DNA of 58,758 nt, the filler included, from Sphacelaria rigidula (taxonomy: Eukaryota): assembly GCA_964200075.2 (NCBI GenBank). It is 9 parts of 9 records of this genome, joined end to end, with 100 filler letters (N's around TTAATTAATTAA, not from the genome) between each part and the next. Parts side by side here need not be neighbours in the genome. Positions count along the whole stretch, not along the records: positions 45,781 to 52,219 come from CAXNAA020020053.1; positions 52,320 to 58,758 come from CAXNAA020020054.1; 7 more parts are not named here. One strand, written 5' to 3'. The notes under the pieces were generated by a model, which saw only the letters and a program-made list of their open reading frames with translations, did not search any database and had not been told where the DNA came from. Positions 50,663 to 58,758 of this stretch are shown piece by piece (position 1 is the stretch's first letter; each line of letters opens with the position of its first letter). The position numbers were made by a program, and so were the translations under genes.

Positions 50663-52319
50663 GAAAACATCCGTGACGGGTAGCTGATTAAAAAAATGTG
50701 GGTCCCCATAGGTGGATAAACTTTTTGCGCATTTATTCAAGTCTGGGAGTGGTCGGTGTTGAGGTGATTTTGTTCCTCCAGAAAGCTCGCTCCACATCAG
50801 TAGATGGACAATCTTGTTGCACTAGCGAGTGTCCTCCCTTTGTCTGTACCAGTCGGGAAGCACACGCTCCGAGCGGCCACCCCACGTTTACCGTCATTGC
50901 GAAAATAATAAGACAAGAGCACGAACAGCAACTGTTGTGGCCGCTACACACCAACGTAACTACAGTGACTTACGAGTGATAGCCATCGTGCTGGACAGCG
51001 CTGACACACACACGAATCGGCACCGGCTGATTTAGACCTACCCCCAGCCGCGTACATCTACTGGCAGTAAAGATGCTGCTGATACTGCTGCTGTTGCTTC
51101 TCCTCCTGCTCGTGCGGAACGCGATTAGAACGGCGCGTAATTTCTCGTGATGCTGCAGAACATCTGTGTTGTTTTCTGTTGAGTGTGGTCCTCCGCCGCA
51201 TCTCTCAACGTGCAGATCTGGGTTGCAAGTTTTTGCAGTCGAATACACCGTCACGAGCGACCAGAAAACACGGCATAATTGCCTTGTCTGGTGTTGAGAG
51301 TAGTACTCTGCAGTTCATACACCACTGCAGAGTTGTCTGGTTCTGAGTGTACCACCCTGTAGTCAAGATAATAGGGTCATCTTTTGAGCAGGTTCTGCTG
51401 GTTTTTTTAGAGGTTCTGCTGGGGTTTTTCCAAGTATTCCGAAAAAAACTAGAGTGTTTTCTGTCACAGAAATCTACAGCAGAATCTGGAATAGCCTGAG
51501 ACAACAACCAATTTAAAAATTGGAATTGGAACGAGCCAGCACCTCCCTGCGGCTTGACTGATTTCCCTCCTCCGTCATGATTTCGTGTTGACACAATGCA
51601 AAAACCGGCGGAGATTTCGTTGCGTCTCCACCAACATCATTGTATGGTCAAAAGACGAGAAAAAAAGTAGCTACGATCGATACCCAAGAAAAGGAACGGC
51701 GAAAACAAAAAAAAGATTGAGTGTGGCATGGTGAAAATGCAATAGTTGTTTACGCACAAACATCTGATTTCCTGTCTTCGACCAAGGAATCACAGCACCT
51801 AGGAAACCAACCGCTCCCCGAGACGTTTTGTCTACGGCTGCAACTCCCGGTATGGCAGTGGGACTGGCTGGCACGAGGGTACTAAGGGTAAAGGACTGGA
51901 GGCACCTACAAAGAGCGAGCGTTGGGGCTCAAGAAGTGAAACCTAACATTACCCTTTGTGATTATTCTTCATACCTCCTTGCCTTAACGACAGATGCAAG
52001 AAAAATAGTTCATAGATACTGTGTACATGTACATGTATAATTTCACATGTTTCACCACTTTTGCCGAGTCTTCTCTGGCGGCAAGAAATCGTTTCCCGCG
52101 CTTTCTTTTGCAGCGCACCAAGAAGGCTTAGGGGTACATTACCGTTCAGGTTTGGGTGTCATATGATACCTGCGGCGCGTGTTCTGGCAACCGAAGGTCG
52201 CTCAAACCGGCCCTTTTTCNNNNNNNNNNNNNNNNNNNNNNNNNNNNNNNNNNNNNNNNNNNNTTAATTAATTAANNNNNNNNNNNNNNNNNNNNNNNNN
52301 NNNNNNNNNNNNNNNNNNN

Positions 52320-52760
52320 GTGGGTAAACTCAGTGATGAATAACAGCCCCCTGAGTTCAAATTGGATCTATATGTTATTGCCGCAGCACCGTCGTTGCTG
52401 GCATATGTGTGTGACAGAAAACAGTAGTAGCGGTGACGGGAACATTGCCCTATTTTTTCAACACGGTTTTCAGCGCACAGAGGCACGTCCTGTCCAAAAG
52501 GAGAGGCAGAGAGAAATCGATCTTCGCGTTGGCAACAGGCAAGAAGAGACTACGGGATTTCTCCGCACGTCGATGCTCTGGCATATGAGGAATTTGGCAC
52601 ATGCTGGTAAGATCAAGGATGCCAGTCTCTCGAGAGTTTGGTAATCGCTGAGCGGGGACACACAAAGGGCACGGGCGAGGAGCTTCCTCTCTGTCATTGC
52701 TTCTCTGTGTGGTGATATCGTCATCGACACGCGTGTACACCGCATTTCGTTGGGTGCACT
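52320..52760 (+). repeat. Partial copy of repeat R1
   Basis: Colinear with ~10275-10720. Confidence 0.88.
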
Positions 52761-53697
52761 TACCCAGAGTTGCTTAACCCTTGGACCGCGGTGCCCGTAG
52801 TCCATCTGGACCACGAGGGTACTTTTTCCAAGTACATTTTGATGCCGATTCAGCAGGTGACCTACTTTCGCGGTCTGACGGTCAAGTCCTTCTGCGGAAG
52901 TCGGGGGGGAAGATACTTTCGCTCTGTGTTACTCTTTCGTATCTTCCCTGCAAAAGAGAAACGCGACTTCATCCCCATTCTAGTGTTGAACCCCAAAATT
53001 TAAAATCGGCTGTTCATAGCTGCTAGCAAGTGAAGTTATGGAACTATGTTTCCAAGATTTGGTGTGGATCCAAACATTTTCTGGGTTTTCATCCCCACTA
53101 AAAAATCCATACCCAATATGTAAAATCCCGTGTTGCAAGTATTTACAGGTTCCCAATGTGATGGGCGGTGCAAAGGGAACTAACCGAAGAAAATCACCAA
53201 CCACGAAGAAATAATCAGACACTCAATTGATCGGCCTGTTATTCAAGACGCCGCAGCAACCCTCAACATTTGTTTCCCTCGGGAAATTGCCATGAGAAGT
53301 GGTCGAAGAAAAACGAGTGATTGATTCGGTTCAACAGAAAGGCACGATAAATATTTCTGTCTGAACGTGATTCTTGTTCACCACAAGAGGCGATCTTATC
53401 CTGTATCGACCTGCAAAAAACACAACTTGGCGAGCGATACAAGAATATTTGGCCTGAAAAGAATGTATGAGCCGCAGTCACTGCTTTTTTTTCGCCAGAA
53501 TTGCCCTAATTCCGCCAATTCTCCATGCCGTCGGCACGCAAGATCTACACTAGATTCACAGACGGTCATCTTTAGCCGATCTTGAGGGCTTGAGGGTTTC
53601 GTTGTGATCTTAAATGCAACTCGTTTATTTCACTCCAAGACAACTCGGGTCCAAGTGCGAGAAGTCGCACCCGAGCTCGAAGAAAGATGGCGTGAGG

Positions 53698-53946
53698 GAC
53701 TGCTGCCGAGTTAGCCCCCCCACGAACCGGCCAAAAAAGTGCACGCACGCGATGATCATGAATGCCGTTGGAGCTGGTTTTGTGCTGCACGACGCGACTT
53801 AGTTGGACGTCATCGCTGATTTCGTATTGCTACACGCCTCTCATGTGGGCGAAATTGCTGCAAACAAGCCCAACAGTGGGTTCGCAGTCGGTATGTCGGA
53901 CGGTCTCCGGTGCACTTTTCGTGGGGGGGCTATCTCGGCATTAGTC
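53698..53946 (+). mobile_element. MITE family A, full length 249 bp, TSD GAGG
   Basis: GACTGCTGCCGAG...CTCGGCATTAGTC, with GAGG at 53694-53697 and 53947-53950. Confidence 0.92.
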
Positions 53947-54440
53947 GAGGGCTGAAACTGTGGCATCTGTCGAGGGCGCCGCAAAAGCATGCCACCGGCG
54001 AAAACATTTCAAGACTTGGCGAAGTCACGGCCCGTCAAATGAAAAAAGATGCCTCATAGATTCTTTCGGGACGTTGCGACAATGCTCAACTGGCACAGTG
54101 TCGTCAAAAACACCAACATTTTGATAATTTTGAGGGTATGTTGAAGGGAGAAAACATTCCCCCCCCCGCTCAGCAGGGCCCCTGCGGGGGGTGCATATCG
54201 CCTTCGACTCTGGTCTGCGCAAGCGCAGACCGAGCATCCGGACTTTTCAAGACCCTGGTGCACAGCAACGAAAGCACCTTCAACCATGCGCTGACAAGCG
54301 GGGTCGTGATTCGTGATCGTGCACCCGCCAGCATAATGGATCCTCGCAAGAGAGGTTGCATCCGTAGTACCATGAGGGAGAAGAGCAGGTCGAATCACAC
54401 CCGCCACGTATACACACGATAACAAAAACAGCAACAGGGG

Positions 54441-54537
54441 GTGCTCACGATCTTGCACTCCGTAGTCAAGAGATCGTTGACCTCGCATTCCTACAAAGCC
54501 GGGACGGAGCACTTCGGGTTTTCGCCGGACCAGCTCG
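54441..54537 (-). mobile_element. GAGTAC-end element (type B), 5'-truncated, GAGCAC variant
   Basis: Reverse complement of the B 3' module, adjoining a G-run at 54437-54441. Confidence 0.8.
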
Positions 54538-54549
54538 AAACAGTAGTGA

Positions 54550-57382
54550 CGGGTGGGGGATGCCTTGACTTGTGCCTTTTGTTGCCAAGTCTCTTCCCCG
54601 CGGGAACACGTACAGTCTGACGGTTGCGTACGATAACCCCTGTGCCCCCCGCGATTCTTGCTGCCTCGTCTACTTGAGCCACAAAAGTCGCCACGATGTG
54701 ACGCAATGTCATAGGATCTAAAGTGCCAACTCCCTTCGCCACGGCTGCTGTACATTCTTCCATCATGTCGACGTATAGTATGCGATGGTCCTGCGCCGTA
54801 GGGCCGCCGTCGGTCATTTGCGTCAACTCCGGCTGAATTGTTGCCCCCTCCGCCATCGTCTCCCAACTGCTCTTGCTTGTCAGCATGGGGTCCTTCTCGA
54901 CACGATCTAACCCCTCTGAATTTAGCCTTTCACGTCTGGAATCCATGTCCTGGAGGGAAGACAGAGTAGTTCCGAATTCCGTGGGATTTGCGCCAAAAGG
55001 TTCAGGCCACGATTTTTTTCTAGGCACGGGCACATCGCCGGTGTTCACGAACAGGAACATCGGGCGGATGCAACCCCATGCCACACCTCTTGCGGTCAAA
55101 AGATTAATCATATGTACTGTCGGAGTCACTACTCACGGCAAGGAGTTCAGGGATCCTACCGTTCTTTTTGGCAGCGAGAGCGAGACGGGCACGAAACGTG
55201 TCGTTGGGAGGCCCTCACCGTCGCCGTGTTTGACACCTACTGCGTTTCATCTCTCGTACAAGGTATCGTCTAGGACTGCGCTGTACACCGACAGGTGCAC
55301 CAAAGTGCTACGCTAAACAAATGTACTCGTGTGAATCGGAAATGGAACCGTACCACGATGGCGAACGAATCGCTGCATTGCAGGCATCACTACCACATAC
55401 GAACCAGTACCTTCTTCAGCAAGTCCTCTGCGTCGTACAGGCATTCCTCGCCACTGCAACGGGGTGCAGCGCTCTGAACGGCCCGAGGGCTGCCTCGACG
55501 CTCGTGCAGGGCTTTTAGCACCCTCGTTTGCATCGCTGGCGGAAGTCCCGCATCTGCCCGAAGGGTGCAATACGTGGATTGCGGTGCTGAGCTTTCGATA
55601 TACTGCACCTCAGAGCATGAACATTTCACGGCTACACCACCTCTTATTTTACCCACTTGGACCGTTCCGTAGAAGTAACGGCGTCCGCGACGACAAGGAC
55701 GAGTGAACTACTGAAGCACTACCGCGGCGTCTACTACACGAGGAAAAACGCTACATACCACCCGCCTGTGAGCTTTGCCGCATCAGCCTCTATTTGAGAT
55801 GACAGGGGCGCCCTCATCCGCTCCTGAAGGGTGTTCATCGCCACTTTGTCCACCTCATGTCGGTGCTCCAGATGCATCGTCGTCAGTCGGGGGTGCTTGT
55901 TCACCGGACATCTAAGAGGCCATCGGGCGGTAATCTGCGGTGTGCGTGTCGATTGTTTGTGCGTTTAATTCATGTTTCAATACTGAATCATCATCGTTTC
56001 ACTGACATCAAATGCCCCTGCATCAATCTTGAGTTAACCCTCATGAAACCAAGGCGGCGCAACAGATGCGTGTTTTTGCACACATTGATTGCCAACCCGT
56101 GGACCCTGCATCGTGTACAGCAGCACATCCATAGAGCAGCAAGAAACACACACGACCCCAAAAAATCCATTTTTTCACCTCAGAATACCAGGATAAGGTA
56201 CAACCACGCGATGGTGCACATATGAAGTACCACTCTACCTTGAAGTCGCAGCCTGTTCTCTGGCTGGAGTACTTCCGTCGAGCCGCATGAGGACCTGAGG
56301 CGCAAGGCAGGACAACAAATACGATCGTTTATCCGACAATGTTACGCTCCATGTCAACGCTGCTCGGGAAAGTTGAATACAATTATTGTATTACGAGCGA
56401 TTGCCGGACTCTTATTCACATAGCGCCAGAAAAATGGGCTCATTTCATCTCTATTTGAAGGCGAACAAGTTTTCATGCGATAGGACAATCTATGGACCCT
56501 CGATAAAAGAAAGGATGAACTGCCAGCACGGACTCTGGGCAGGGGTGGTATGCTGGAAGCTGGGAGTCGCGAAGTAGTGACGAAGTACAAAAAACACGAC
56601 ACGACAAATACCAATGATTCGGGATTTTACAAATCAATGATGGAATTGTTTGAGGGCGGACTTTGTAAACTTCATTTGCAACGAAATATCATCGGAAATA
56701 AAATGCAAATGCACTAACCGACTGTGATGTGTGGCCTCGCCCATCCTAAAAAATGAATCCATCCGCAATTTGTAAAATCCCGTGCGTCGACAGGGTATTC
56801 TGAAAAATGAGATAATGTTTTGTACGAAGATGAACGGGGATTGAAATTGCTTGGTTTCAACACGGGATTCTACAATTCGCTGATGGATAATTTTGAGGAT
56901 GTGCGAGGCCACACATCACAACCGGAGAGCGCATTTGAATTCATGTTTTCGAAGTATTTCGGTGACTATGGAGATCCCCAAGGTTCATCACCAATAAAGG
57001 AAATCCATCCTCAAATCGAACAGTGCTGTGTCAAATGCCAGTGCACGCAAGTTGACGACAAATAAGGAAATTATGCCGAGCGAGTTCCAAGCAAAACCCA
57101 TACTTCTTCACCCCAGTACTTGGGTAAAATACTAACCCTTATCCTATCTTCTTCCATAAAAGACTCACGGGAGGAGCTCTCCTTGTGTTGGGCCTGCCGG
57201 TTCGGCATGCCATGCACGCACCTCCAAGCGATCATGACGAGGCGGCCTCCCTCCGCTCTCTCCTTTCTCGAACTTTCACGTGCGAGCTTCACACCATGCG
57301 CTGAGCAAGTCTTCTTCACCGCCACTTCAATTTCTTCCAAGTTTTTCCGTTCCGTCGGAATGCTTTTCAACGCAACACCCAA
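54550..57382 (-). pseudogene. Possible highly degenerate MULE/FAR1-like transposase
   Basis: 57071-57382 resembles a FAR1-type DNA-binding domain ('EEIEVAVKKTCSAHGVKLARESSRK...GGRLVMIAWRCVHG...RES'). Near 55960-56010, 'SETM/DSVLKHELNAQT' recalls the MULE SES.NS.LK motif. There is a weak SWIM-like remnant near 55115-55190 and a basic tail 'RN..V..P.GKR..KR.KS'. Confidence 0.4.
56620..56920. repeat. Alternating-orientation ~60-bp repeats
   Basis: 56723-56784 is an inverted copy of 56861-56920, and 56620-56660 is a partial third copy. Core motif CACGGGATTYTACAA.T. Confidence 0.75.
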
Positions 57383-58758
57383 CGCTTCGGCACAGTAGGA
57401 GAACTGCCGACGCTAAACGCAAGCAGCGGTGGACATGAAGCAAAATACACAGTGTCAAAGTTGGCAGGTATGTGCAATGCGCCCCTATTGCTGTATGCAG
57501 ACGCCAGTGTTTTTTTTTCGATAATATGGGGGCGGTGTTTCGAGGGTTAAGCGTCAAGATAATCCGCACCTCGGCTGCGATGGCGCCGAAACTTGGAGGA
57601 TGTGTAGATGGGTACTACAGCAAGATGTCACAGGCACAGCCGTAGCCGCGCAAGGCGCTGAGGGCCCGGTCTGCATTGGAACGGTGGATACCGGGGGTGG
57701 CAGTACATATTTTCTTCAGCACTTTCTGTCTGATGATTATACTAGGTATGGCATCGGTCGGGCCAGCAGGCTGCAACGGATCCTGTTGGCCTCATAATCA
57801 ACCCTCGCCCAGTCAGGGATGAACGCCCGCAGAAACCCAGCAAATCTGCATCGCTTAGGCTCCGTTATATATTGAGGGCCGGGGGCTGAAAGTTCCCGGT
57901 CAAAGTCGGTCGACAGGTCAGGTTTAAGCTTCTGTCGCGCGACCACTGCATTCTGCCACGGACCCTTGACGGTATACCCGGCAGGGGGCAACGTCCCCGT
58001 ACAGATAGTAGCACTGGTAATGTATCCAAGTTGCTGACAGCCTGGTAGCCGGCAAGGCGGTTGCAGTGGTGCTCTTCTAGCGATATCAAGTTACAGTGGA
58101 CTGGAGGGGAGTTTGTACGTGAATATTTTGGCGATTGCCTCACTTACATTTCGCCCACATCTTGCGATTTTTTTCACGATCTCACCGCGTTAGGATATAT
58201 GTGGAAATATACCACGCCCTGGGCGAGAGATTCCTACAGTCATTACCTATACGGTGCAAAAAAGTGTACTGCGCATAGTGTGGGGTCTGTTTCCTGCTGC
58301 AATTTGCGCAAAATATACTCGCAGTCCGTAGCCCTACACTTTGGTTGCACTACAAGGATCTGCGTTCAGGCTGTGATGAACTGCATAAGACAGCGGGGTA
58401 TCAATACAGCACAGGGATAGGCTAAGGATGTGACGTTTTGCGGTGTGCTACAGGCTGCTTCACGGAAAACCCCCCAAGTTCTGTCATCAGCAAATGACTT
58501 TTGCAATACGCACCCAATACAGTTGCGGCCCACAATTAAGAAAACTTTATTGAAGAAAATGAGGCTGGGCCTTTCACGGAAATGAGAAAAATGGACTAAG
58601 AAACACACCTCAATTTGGGCCACAAGAAAAGAAACATGAAAATAAGAAACAGCGCGGATACATACCTAAAATAGGCATGAGAAATAAGAAACTAGGTGAC
58701 TGGGGAGCCCCTTCCCAACTAAGAAACGTACCCTCTATATCTAGACCCCCCCCCGCCC

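Noticed and set aside
52774..57550. piggyBac element between TTAACCCT (52774) and AGGGTTAA (57543)
   Set aside because: Similarity ends after 8 bp and no piggyBac transposase motifs are seen.
45..58623. Most short ORFs in the supplied track
   Set aside because: They overlap in many frames, lie in non-coding repeats, and show no domain signatures or coding bias.

Overview
This is repeat-rich eukaryotic genomic DNA, not prokaryotic. Spliceosomal GT-AG exons, a flagellar IFT81 exon and the repeat style point to a brown alga or other stramenopile (inference). It is not one locus: nine unplaced contigs of 6441, 6440 (x5) and 6439 (x3) bp are joined by identical 100-bp linkers (44 N + TTAATTAATTAA + 44 N), so adjacency across gaps means nothing. 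Host genes are limited to three in-frame spliced exons of an ankyrin-repeat gene (minus strand, 33.3-37.6 kb) and the last exon of IFT81 (41.1-41.6 kb). The rest is mostly transposon debris: two Ty3/Gypsy pol relics with a chromodomain plus a PWWP/Tudor-like C-terminal domain, a Copia 3' end with PPT and LTR, probable Sola-like and MULE-like transposase relics, two ~250-bp MITE families with 4-bp TSDs, tRNA-headed SINEs, and foldbacks including a 463-bp near-perfect hairpin. The most interesting signal is a family with 12 copies of a fixed 3' end (GAGTAC) and variable 5' truncation. It has a conserved ~70-nt G-U-rich fold, sits in C-tracts with target duplications, and re-inserts serially at the same site, which suggests a poly(C)-targeting retroposon. 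All protein family calls are by-eye motif recognition; no searches were run.
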